A stretch of DNA of 64,000 nt from Octopus sinensis (lineage: Eukaryota), in assembly GCF_006345805.1 (NCBI RefSeq), contig NC_043021.1, positions 5,332,001-5,396,000 on the forward strand. Direction: 5' to 3'. A program made the position numbers and the translations under genes. The notes under the pieces are model-generated. The model worked only from the letters and a program-made list of their open reading frames with translations. It was not told the origin of the DNA and did not search any database. Positions 25,416 through 37,321 of the stretch are shown in pieces (within the stretch, counting starts at the first letter, position 1; each line of letters begins with the position of its first letter).

Positions 25416-26402
25416 GAGGGTGTATATGTGTCTGCTTGAATATGTATGAAGGGAGCATGGCCTCCACCAACCTCTTTGCATCAACCTTTCATCTATCCCT
25501 TATTGATACCATCCTACTAAACACTTTGTCACCCTCTATTCTGCCCTGCCAGTGATGCTGAATGTAATTTGCATAGCTGGAATGTATTAGGACAAGCATG
25601 CCACTGAGCTTTGTGTTTTTTGCTATGAATGCTGGGGAGGGGAATCAATTGTATCACACCATGTGGCTAAATGCTTTACGAAGTAATCCTTTCTACTTTA
25701 TATTATAAAAACTATTACAGTGTCACGTGGATGATTGATATTTTTCAAGTAGTCGAAAAATATGGATTATTCACGTGACATTGTAATTGTTTTATAATTT
25801 GTTCCAGAACTATCCAGGGGGAGATATTATAACCACCAGTATATAAATTTACAACCCTTTGATCTTCAACTAGTTTGATAAGTGTTAATACCCGAAACTT
25901 TCAGCCCTTGAGTCACTCTGTTTTTTCTGTTAAATATTAAGATATATATGTGAAGGCACATGGGTCAGTGGTTAGTGTCAATCTTATGACCGTGAGGTTG
26001 TGACTGTGAATCCCGGACCGGGCTACGTGTTGTGTTCTTGAGCAAGACACTTTATTTCACGTTGCTCCAGTTCATCAATAAGTTCAGTTAATCGCTATAC
26101 AAATCTTATTGACGAGTTTTGTTTTTTTCACTTACCTGAAGAGAAGATTGCATTGTTTATACCATTTATTCTTTTGAATAGTATCAGTGGAATTTTCGAA
26201 ACATGTGTCGAAAGTAAAAATATTTTATTTATACCTGAGTTGAACTCCATTTATTTATTCATGAACGGACGTTAAACGATGATATATATATATAGTTTGC
26301 TGTTCTGTTCTTGGTGGAATCAACAAAAAATGTACTCGATCCAGTGAGAACTAATGGTAATTTAATAAACACAGGATTCAAATGTAAGCTTCTATAAGTC
26401 TT

Positions 26403-26548
26403 ATGCTCTGATAGTACAATAGTCAGAAGGGCTTGTAAGTGTGCCATGCATTATCCTGCAATCTTTGAGGCTCAAAATAGCTTAAAAGATTGCAAGATAG
26501 TACATGGCATGCTTGCAAGTTCATCTGATTACTGTACTATCAGAGCAT
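26403..26548. repeat. Imperfect hairpin, ~70-bp arms and 6-nt loop
   Basis: ATGCTCTGATAGTACA...GAGGCT caaaat AGCTTAAA...TGTACTATCAGAGCAT; about 13 differences, mostly transitions. Confidence 0.85.
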
Positions 26549-27461
26549 GAAACTTACAGTCACTCATATTTAAATCCTGTGTTTATTAAATGATATATAT
26601 ATATTATATATATATATATATAATATATATATATTATCTGTCTATCTCTTTCTTGTTGACAAAACATACTTGTGTATGTGCACGCATGCAAACACACACT
26701 TTGTGGAGCATGCACAGATATTAAAACAACATTAGCATCCTTTGAACCTGCTGACTCCACCGCATCCAATGTCCTTATGAAAAGCTGTCACTTTACTTGA
26801 CTTTATACATCTTTCCCTCCCTTATTTTCTCTCTCTCTCACTTCACATCCCTCACCTTATAAAAACACGTGCTTCTCTCTCTTTAAACCTCACCCCTTCT
26901 TCACATGGTCCTCACCACTAGTTTACTAACCTTCAGCAAATTAAACACTAAATGTACTGAGTTTGTCTCACCTCCGCTCCATCCCATCCATTACATATCC
27001 CTGCTAGAGCTACTGTCATCATCACTACCCTCACCACGACTTTTGTTGCCATCACCACCACCGAAACCATTACTATCACCAAAGCCACCATCACCATCAC
27101 TTTTGCTGTACTCCTCACCAATACCACCAGCACCATCACCATCACTCACATAGCAACAGTATCATTACCACCACCACCACCACCATGATCAATGCAGTCA
27201 TAATATCAGTTCGCATATCGTAAGCTTTTGGCACAGCCCTTCCTCTAAAAGAGGAAGAGAAAAACTAAAGCACTTAGATGCGCATTCATGCACGTGCATC
27301 TACACACATACACACACAGCTACATGGACCTTGGTGCATATACACATATGTAGAATGTGTGTGTGTATATATATATATATACATACACATTATCAGTAAA
27401 ATTTGTTTATGAATTTTTCCAGTCTCAGGTTTTATGAAATCTATACTCTGTGTGTATGTGT

Positions 27462-27502
<41 letters not shown>

Positions 27503-27571
27503 TTCACACACACACACACTCACACACATATATGCATATACACAAAAGCATGCACTTACACATACACCAAC

Positions 27572-27618
<47 letters not shown>

Positions 27619-28544
27619 TCTAGGGCCTTTCCCATTCAGGGTGTTCCCAAATAGGCCTGCCCAGTCACAGATGTTAGACTGAGTCCCTGGATTGTTACCA
27701 GGTCCCAGGAAGGCGACCATCTTGCATCTGCCGTCAATGTGCAGACTAGTTTCACCAAAACTTGCTCCCAACATCCTTACCCCATTACCATTGGGCTTTT
27801 GTAGAAAAGAAGCTGGTGGGGTAGAGTTGGATCAAAAAGAAACCTGTCAATGGCACGAGTTTTTTAAGGGTGGAGACCTCCTTGTTAAGGGTGGAGATCT
27901 CCTTGTTAAGGGTGGAGATCTCCTTGCCAAGGGGTCCCCATGCACTATGGCCCCAAATTCTGCTGCTGCAGCACTACCTGGAGTGATATGCGAGGTCTGG
28001 AAGATGGGTAGCAATGAAATGCCACTAGCTCCAATGTCATCAGAGCTGTTCCTTTCTAGCCAGTCCCTCTGGCATTGCCCTCTTCCACAAGGATCAGTCG
28101 TTGAGTTTGGAGATCTAGCTTCCTCTGCTTGATCTACCATTGGGGGTCTTAGTTTGGTGTGGTAAGGGATAAGGACAGTACTCCTGTGCCCTTGTTTGAA
28201 CAGATCTTGCTTTTAGTTCTGATGGGTGCCCTCGTATCCTCCTTCAAGATCCAGCCAGCTGCAACAAGAGGGGAGCTGGTTTAGCTGTCAACGACCCAAA
28301 ACATTGGAGGTGGAAGCAGTCTTCTTGCTCACCAGCTCCTGTTGAACTGTCCAGTTCATACGATCATGGCAAATGGGCATTAAATAATGTCAGTGATGAA
28401 ATTAAAGGAGATGAATTTAACAACTATCAAGGTACTAACCAATAAGTGGGATACATCAAAAAATGATACTGAGTAGCTAACGAGAGGTACTAACTAGGTT
28501 GTGAGAGGTGTTGGTCAACTAGTAAGTGGTACTAACTTGATAGT

Positions 28545-28773
28545 AGGCGAGCTGGCAGAATCGTTAGCACGCCGGGCGAAATGCTTAGCGGTATTTCGGT
28601 TGCTGTTACGTTGTGAGTTCAAATTCCGCCGAGGTCGACTTTGCCTTTCATCCTTTCGGGGTCGATAAATTAAGTACCAGTTACGCACTGGGGTCGATGT
28701 AATCGACTTAATACCTATGTCTGTCCATGTTTGTCCCCTCTATGTTTAGCCCCTTGTGGGTAATAAAGAAATA
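28545..28773 (+). mobile_element. Young SINE family B with 17-bp TSD
   Basis: GGTACTAACTTGATAGT at 28528-28544 and 28774-28790; CpGs retained. Confidence 0.92.
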
Positions 28774-29799
28774 GGTACTAACTTGATAGTGAGCTGTAAT
28801 AAGTAACAAAGTACTTTATGGATCATGGTACTGTTGAGTGGAATTTTTGAAGAAATATTAAAAAGACAAAATAAGCAAAAAGCAAGTTTATTGTTGGCCT
28901 TGAAAATTACATGTAAACAGCTTTGCTACATTTCAAACTGTAAAAACATAATTGCTTTACTATATAACTATTATATAGCAATGGAATATACATACATGTT
29001 TATGCTTAAACACACACACACACACGCACACACGTGTGTGTATGTAGACATTTGTAGATAGATATACATACACACACTCACACAGACATGGGTACTTCCA
29101 CAAACATAATTTTCCCCACTATACATTAGCAACATATCTTGACTGAGAATTGGTACGAGGTTATGTTACCATTTCTTTGTATTGCTGAACACCTTCCTCC
29201 TCACTTACTTATTCACACACACACATTCTTGTTGTGCAATTTGTCCTTGCCCAACTTTTAAAGAAAGATTAAAACTTAGAAAAGTAGCAAAATAAGGAAT
29301 GAGCAGGAAAAAAATAATGATTATTGAAATAACTTTTAAATATTTATAAGAGAAATACCAAAACAGTATAAAATGAGTGAAATTTGAAAAGGCATTGATT
29401 TTTCTATTCTTGTTTGCATGTGGACAATATTTCCTTAATTTCTTTAACACTTTAGCATTTAAACTGACCATATCTGGCCAAAATACTCTGTTTTATATTC
29501 AAACTGGCCAGATCCAGCTTCTTACAATATTTATCCCGACTTATGCATGAATATTCTGTTAGAGCTAACTATACAGCCAATATAGGAGTTTCTTTCATGG
29601 TACCTCCTGCAGTGTAGTTTGTTCTAAAACGACATCCAGGTTTTAGTGGGGATAAATATTACTGCACAGTACTAATACTGCCTCTGTCACTAATATATAT
29701 TCTTTGAAATTGGAATGGTTAATGACTACCAGTATTACTCAGAGGTTGAATGCATTCTACAAATTTGTAGAATGTCTATGCAGAAAATTCATAAATAAT

Positions 29800-30420
29800 A
29801 ATAATAATGAAATTATTGTATACAGTGCTCAGGTGCACCACAACTTGTCAGAAAGTGCATATAAAGTACATGCAGTAATGTAAAAATGTCTGGAAAGCGA
29901 ACAGTGTATGAGTCAGATACATGCCTGTGTGTGTATGGAGGGGAGAAAATAAGGTGTAGTGTTGGCGAATCTCAGAAAGCATGGAAGTTTTGAAGGATGC
30001 AGTGCTCCGACAACTAACAACTGATGCCGGCAGTTTGTTCCATGCTTCAGCAACTCTCAGCGTGAAAAAATGTTTCCTGAAGTCATGGGAGCTGTGCTGT
30101 TTTCTGACTTTGTAAATATGTCCACGGATGTTACATGGGTGGAGTTTGAAAAGGTGCTCAGAGTTATTGTTTGTACGATGGTTGATAATTTTATGGGTGT
30201 CTGCCAAGTCAGCTGCCAGACGTCGGAGTTTCAATGTGTCCATGCCCAGGGAAGTAAGGCGTTCAGGATATGGCAAATGCCTGATGGAAGGTATTCTTTT
30301 GGTTACATGTCGCTGATCACTTACAGGGACAGAATTACAAACTCTGAAGTCCCGAGAATGCCAATCTGTGCAGCCTGCAGGAGATTGTGGTCGATAGAAG
30401 AGTGAGACTTGCAGGTCATG
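29800..30420 (-). mobile_element. Second CR1/L2-type LINE family, ORF2 C-terminal fragment
   Basis: MPYPERLTSLGMDTLKLRRLAADLADTHKII...IRGHIYKVRKQHSSHDFRKHFFTLRVAEAWNKLPASVV. Confidence 0.85.
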
Positions 30421-30429
30421 TTTTCCAAC

Positions 30430-30660
30430 TGCCAGAAGGTTGAATACCCAAGATTGCTATGAAATGGGTTCATCAGAGGGACAAAGAATGAGAGGGAGAC
30501 CCAAGAAGACATGGTGTGGCCCCTTCAGAGAAGATCTGAAGCAGCTTAGCATTGTCTGGGGAAGATGCAAGACACAGGGGACTCTACTCAAAACCAGGAT
30601 TATTGGAGATGTCATGTTGCCTGATGTAACAGGCCAATCATGTAGGAGGAATTAAGGCTA
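30430..30660 (+). mobile_element. RTE-clade LINE 3' relic
   Basis: GQRMRGRPKKTWCGPFREDLKQL; a similar relic lies at ~36560-36850(-). Confidence 0.6.
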
Positions 30661-30919
30661 ATAATCCTTATACATGCATCCTAGTGTGTGTATGTCTACA
30701 CATAGATGTTTACGTATTCATATATAACAACTACTTCAGTGTATGTGTGGGTGTGTATGTGTGTGCGTGCTCAGAACATATTTGTAGACAAAATATTTAT
30801 CATGCAGGCATACAGACATAAACAGTATGTCTCTGATTACATGTAACATTGGTGTTCAAAATATTACTACTACACCTGTTGTGTTATCAGAATCAGTTTA
30901 CTCTTTCAATACCAAGGTA

Positions 30920-31070
30920 TATATATTTATATATATATGTGTATATATGAGTGTGTGGTAGATGTTGGCGCCAGCTAGCATATATTTGTGTATATATATG
31001 TATATATATGTATATATATATATGTATATATATATCTATATCTATATATATGTACATATATGTGTATATA

Positions 31071-31125
<55 letters not shown>

Positions 31126-31354
31126 ATATGTATATATGTGTGTGTATATATGTATATATGTGTGTGTGTATATGTATATATGTGTGTGTGTGTATATATA
31201 TATGTATATATACGTGTGTGTATATATATATGTACATATATGTATATATGTGTGTATATATATATATATGTGTATATACGTGTGTATATATATATATGTA
31301 TATATGTGTGTATATATATGTATATATATATATGTATATATATATGTATATATA

Positions 31355-31396
<42 letters not shown>

Positions 31397-31410
31397 TATA
31401 TGTGTATATA

Positions 31411-31454
<44 letters not shown>

Positions 31455-31510
31455 TATATATGTATATATATGTACATATATGCATATATATATATATATA
31501 CATACATAGA
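30920..31510. repeat. (TA)n/(TG)n compound microsatellite
   Basis: Visible in sequence. Confidence 0.97.
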
Positions 31511-32996
31511 CAGATGCACAGATATCACAATATAAAACTGTGCGTGGTGAGATAAGAGAAGTGGAGGATGGTTCCAGTTATCTCACTGGTTAAGGAGGAG
31601 GAAAAGGAGGTTTGGAACCCGAGGAGTGAGGTTTCAATTTCTCTTTAGCTGAGTCATTAATATTTTTCTATCTCTTTGTGTACCAGTGTGTGTGTGTGTG
31701 TGTGTGAGAGAGTTTGTATCTAGTCAGAGAAAAACCTGACTCGTGCAAGCAGCAAGCATGGAAAAGAGGATGTTAAAATGATGGATGATGACGATGATGC
31801 TATATATATATGTGTGTGTGTGAGTGTGTATACATATGTATCTGTTTTTTTTTGTTTTTCTTTTACTTGTTTCAGTCATTAGATAGTAGCCATGCTAAGG
31901 CATCACCTTCAAGAATTTCAGTCAAATGAATCAATCCTACCATTTATTGTTTTAATGCCTGGTACAATTATATTGGTCATTTTTGCCGAACTGCTAAGTT
32001 ACAACCAACCCCGGTTATCAAATGCTTGTGGGAGAGACAAACACAAAAACATGTGCATACACACATACACACACACACATGTATATTTTTATGTATGTGA
32101 TGGGCTTCTTTTCAGTTTCCACCTACAAAATCCACTCACAAGGCTTTGGTCTGCCCCAAGTTATAGTAGAACACACTTGCCCAAGGTGCCATACAGTGGG
32201 ACTGAACCTGGGACCTTGTTGTTGGGAAGCAAGCTTCTTACCACACAGCCTTGCCTGATATAAATATATATGTGTGTGTGAAGATGCATCCCTTGTGGCC
32301 AGAGTGTTGCATTCATGATTGCAAGACTGTGGTTTCATTCAAACTCTTGTGTTGTCTCTGCTCAGTTCATCAACCATTTTACTGAGGCACTGGCTGCTAT
32401 TTTTCATGGCACCTGCACTAGTCAGGTTGCCTTGTATCTCACTAGGCTACAGTGCCCTTCAACTGCAAAGGAAAATAGAGGAGAGAGTGAGTATTTCTTT
32501 ATTCACCATGAGGTTGAGAAAAAGAGGGGATGGTGGCACATAAAAGCACCATCCGAACGTGGCCGATGCCAGCGCCGCCTTCGCTGGCTTCTGTGCCGGT
32601 GGCACGTTAAAAGCTCTAACCAATCATGGCCGATGCCGGACCCCCCTGGCACCTGTGCAGGTGGCACGTAAAAAGCACCCACTACACTCGCAGAGTGGTT
32701 GGCGTTAGGAAGGGCATCCAGCTGTAGAAACTCTGCTAGATCAAACTGGAGCCTGGTGCAGCCCTTGGCTTCCCAGACCCCGGTCGAACCGTCCAACCCA
32801 TGCTAGCGCAGAAAACGGACGTTAAACAATGATGATGAATACAGGGACAGACAAAACAAACGTTGGGGTCAGGGTGTCGAATGAGACGAAACGAATGAAT
32901 AAACAAACAATTAAAATATATACAATTAAATGAGAATGAGTGATTAACAAAAAATGAAGCGGAGGACGCGGTTGACCCCACAAACCACATACTCAC

Positions 32997-33079
32997 AATG
33001 AAGACTTTGCTTTCTCCTTTTTTACATTCTCGATTAAACAGGTTCTTTCACTCGCAACATACTTGCTATAGACTTCCAT
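32997..33079 (-). CDS. Candidate first coding exon MEVYSKYVASERTCLIENVKKEKAKSS (protein not recognised)
   Basis: aagATGG start with in-frame upstream TAA; att|GTGAGT donor at 32996; T-rich downstream sequence; local CpG retention. Upstream out-of-frame ATGs argue against. Confidence 0.25.
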
Positions 33080-33719
33080 CTTTTACGAAACACACTTTGC
33101 GACAGGCATTTCTTCTCCAGCCTTATTTTCCGTTTCATGTGGAAAACGAAGAAAAAGTCGATTAGCTCGAGACTGGAGATAAACATGACTTTTGGCAACT
33201 TGTTGAGAGAAGTTACACTGTCGTGAGAGGAATAGTTCTATTGTGAGAGCTTGGTGGTGTTGGTGGTGGAGAGTGCAGCAGAGGACACAATGTTGTTGTT
33301 GTGGTCTGTCTGTCTGTCCGTCACCATTTTCATTCATTCTCTATGCTGGCATCATCATCATCATCATTTTAATGTTTACTTTTCCTTGTTTGCATGGTTC
33401 AGACAATCCATCGAAGCAGATTTTCTATGGCCAGAGGCCCTTCCCTCTCTCAAACTCTCATTTGTTTCCAAGCAAGGTAAGATTTCCCCTTGACTGGATA
33501 TGTTTTCATGGAAGATTAGAACCAAATGACACCGCTTGTATGATGGTGATACTTGTTTACATCTATCACACAATGATCAGAAAAGGACACACACATACAC
33601 ATGCACATGACAGGCTTCTTTCAGTTTCTGTCTACCAAAACCACTCACAAGCCTCAAAGCTTTACTAGAAGACACTTGCTCAATGCAGTGGGATTGTCTG
33701 TCTGTCTGTTTGTCTGTCT

Positions 33720-34390
33720 CTACCTACCTACCTCCCTTACTATCTCTATCGAACTCCCTGTCTTACTATCTCTATCTAACTCCCTGTCTTACTATCTCTG
33801 TCTAACTCCCTGTCTTACTATCTCTATCTAACTCCCTGTCTTACTATCTCTGTCTAACTCCGTCTTACTATCTGTCTAACTCCCTGACTTACTATCCCTA
33901 TCTAACTCCCTGTCTTACTATTTATCTATCTGCTTGTCTTACTATATATCTAACTGCCTGGCTTACTATCTCTTTAAATGTTTGTCTTACTATCTCTGTC
34001 TATCTGTCTGTTTCTTTTTTTCTATCTATCTGTCCCTCTGCCTATCTGACTATATCTATCTGTTTGTCTCTCTGTCAATTTATCTGTCTATATGTGTGTC
34101 TATGTTTGTCTGTCTGTCTCTCTATCTCTCCATCTTTCATTCTCTCTAACTGCCTATCTTACTATCTGTTTTACTATCTCTGTCTAACTGTCTATCTGTC
34201 TGTCTCTCTGTCTAACTATCTATTTGTCTGTCTGTTTGTCTAACTATCTATTTGTCTGTCTGTTTGTCAAAATATCTATTTGTCTGTCTGCATAACTATC
34301 TTTTTGTCTGTCTGCATAACTATCTTTTTGTCTGTCTGTATAACTATATATCTGTCTGATAATATATTTATCTGTCTATCTACCTATTTA
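33720..34390. repeat. ~26-bp minisatellite (CTCCCTGTCTTACTATCTCTATCTAA) grading into (CTAT)/(CTGT)n
   Basis: Visible tandem units at 33750-33920. Confidence 0.9.
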
Positions 34391-34500
34391 ATAAATATAA
34401 TATGATATAATATAATATAAAATAATGTATTCTATTTTTCATTTCAGGTAAGTTCTACAGGATCATTATTATTATCATATCCTTGCTTATTTCCACTAAG

Positions 34501-34548
34501 ATGGAATATTCAAGTAATCCTTTTTATGGAATTAGTAGCAGTCACAAG
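34501..34548 (+). other. Candidate 48-nt exon
   Basis: ttccactaag| ... cacaag|GTATGT; two open frames; acceptor is AAG rather than YAG. Confidence 0.2.
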
Positions 34549-35104
34549 GTATGTACTTTCACTTCTTGGAGATAAACTTCTCATCTTTCGTTAATTAACT
34601 AATTAACTTACTAATTTACTAGTTCAGACACCAAATAACAGTTGTTCATGCACTGGCTAGAATGACTTGCAATATTTATTCCAGCTGTGTTCTGAGTTCA
34701 AATCCTACTGATATCAACTCTGCTTTTCCTCCTCTCGGGGTCAATAAAAATGTATTGATTCAGGGTGCAGGTAGGTTGACCGAACTGTAAGAACTTTAGG
34801 TCAACTATCTTGTGGGTTTTTCCATTCTGGGTTTTACCATTCTGAGTTAAAATCCTGTCTTGCAACCATGAGATTCTTTATATTCTATATACTCCTCATG
34901 AAGTAATTTTCAGTGCTCCAGCATGGCTGTAGTAAAATGACTGAAACAAGTAAAAGATAAAAAAAATATTCTTCATCTTAATTTTGTGTCTGTTTTTCTG
35001 TACTAGCATTGATTGGACGGGACAGAACCAGCATAGCATTTTACCGTTTGTCAGTTGGCACATACAGCAACAGAGAAAAACTGGCAATTTTCGTTGTTGT
35101 TGTA

Positions 35105-35160
<56 letters not shown>

Positions 35161-35642
35161 TCACAGAAATAGTCATTTATAAGAGTGTGATAGATGTCAG
35201 TAATGCATGACCTTGAGGAGAAGTGATGGTTGGCAGAGAGAGGGTGATAAAAATGGTATATCGGATACCAATGGATATGATGCAGTTCTCCATTCATTAT
35301 GCAAGCATCATGATAGTAGAGGGAATAAGAGAGAGAGAAAGACAGAGAGAGATAGTAAGAAGTTGCAGAGAGAGGGAGAGAGAGAGACAAAGAGAGTTAG
35401 AGAGTTAGAGTGATGTAGATGGTAGTAGGAGAATTGGTTACGAAGAGCTCCAATGTTATTTATTGTTACACAAGCAGCATGGTAATGTAAAGGAGAGTGG
35501 GGAGGACGAATGATAGAGATGAGAGGATTAGGAAAAGGCAGCGAGGGGAAGTGGATGGAAATTGAGTAGGAACCTAATAGGTGAGAGGCAGAAGTCTAGA
35601 TACATTACACATCCCAGCCTCCATAACTAACATCATTTTTAA

Positions 35643-36247
35643 CCCTTTTAGCATTCACATTATTCTCTCTAACGTAATGCTTGTTGATTCACATTGTTTT
35701 TTTTTATTATTCATGCATTATTTTGTAGCTTTGAGATTTTGATGAATTTTAAAATGATGCTGGGTTGGTGTGAGAAGCCAGATCCGGCTAGTTTGAACAT
35801 ATAAGAAGACACTAGACCTTTATTCTCTAGAAAAACGCCGCCGCCGTGGTGATCTCGTTCTCGCTCACAACATCATAAGCGGAAAGTGTAACCTCTCGAA
35901 AGAGCTGTTCTTCACTCCTGCTCCAGAGCGTCGGCTGCGGGGTCACTCCGAAAAGCTCTATCTGCGACGATTTCATCTCAATCAAAGGAGAGGGGCTTTC
36001 TCTGTCCGGGTTGCGGATCCGTGGAATAAGCTGCCGGACGAGATAGTGAAGATGCCGACGACCGCTCGGTTCAAAGTCTCTCTTGACTAGAAATGGCCTG
36101 AACTCTTTGCATGAACACCCTCCCTGTACATAACTCCATGCCCCCTACATGGCCTTGCTTTTTGCTTTTTGAGCCAAAAAATTAACTTAACTTAACTTAT
36201 ATAACTTGTAGTGTTTTGGCTGAATATAGCTGGTTACTGCTAAAGGT
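35643..36247. mobile_element. piggyBac-like MITE interrupted by a CR1 3' fragment (~35805-36200, +)
   Basis: TTAA|CCCTTTTAGCATT ... TGCTAAAGGT|TTAA enclosing the CR1 LEKRRRRGDL...WNKLPDE fragment with (TTAAC)n tail. Confidence 0.75.
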
Positions 36248-36987
36248 TTAATGAATGTTTTACCATGTTTACAGAGATTGGTGGGTCTTCTCCAGCACTA
36301 CATGTTACATGTCATTGCAATCCTTTATCATCTCCATCATGAGGTTCAAAGTAATTACGAAATCTGGCTAGAGAAGTGACATATAATTGTGAGGCCGGTA
36401 CTGTTTTTGCCTAGATTGCGGGTCAGATTTGCATGACTCCAAAGTTTGAATGGTGCTGGTGATCAAAAGATAAAGAACTTAAGTAAGATCAAATACTAGT
36501 CAGTCGATCCAGTGTGTGTATGTGTGTGTGTGTGTTCTAATCAGTGTAGGGAGGCTGGTGCACTATAAAGTTGTTGAGAAGAAGGCCCTGAAACTCTGAG
36601 ACTGCACATTCTTTCCTGATGACCTCTGAAGCCCTCAATGGGTAGCACTTGTACAAGCTGTTTACAAGTCTCCATCATGAGGTACACCTTGAAATTAGTC
36701 TTCACCACTTCATCCCATGTCATCTTCCACAGGTTCCATCCATTCTGAGTGCTTGGCACTTTTTCATACAACTGTCATCCCTATATGTATCACATGCTTA
36801 TTTCTTAAAATCTTTAGTCTTTGCTAAATTTTCTGTGAGGTCTCTTGATTCTAGGTTTTGCTTCCAAAGTTGGAATTTATTTTCTTTCTACCACACACAC
36901 ACACACCATGAGATCAAATTAACTGCAAAACTTTACATTATGTATATGAGCAGGATGCTTTAGTTTTCCTTGCCTAGACTCACTTAC

Positions 36988-37029
36988 CATTCTGGCGTGA
37001 ATAGGTACCAGATATCTGGGAATCTTTAC
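36988..37029 (-). other. Candidate 42-nt frame-preserving exon
   Basis: ggtttgtcatag|GTAAAGATTCC...CAGAATG|gtaagt; open in two frames (xKDSQISGTYSRQN or VKIPRYLVPIHARM). Confidence 0.3.
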
Positions 37030-37321
37030 CTATGACAAACCAGATTTATCACACCATCCCTTCATGCTTTGGAAGCAAAATCTCAAAAGCTCTTGAGAGC
37101 TTAAAAAAATCCCTTATGGATTTTCTTACACATAATGTTTATCCTTAATTTTTTTCTGCTTGTAACATCACTAAGCAGCCCATTAACAAATGAGTATTAA
37201 ATCTAATGAAAGTGTTGGTAAACTGAAACACATGTATTCTGTGAATTAAGGAATAATTTGTATTGAATTAGTTTTATTATTATTATTATTATTATTATAT
37301 TATTATTATTATTATTATTAT

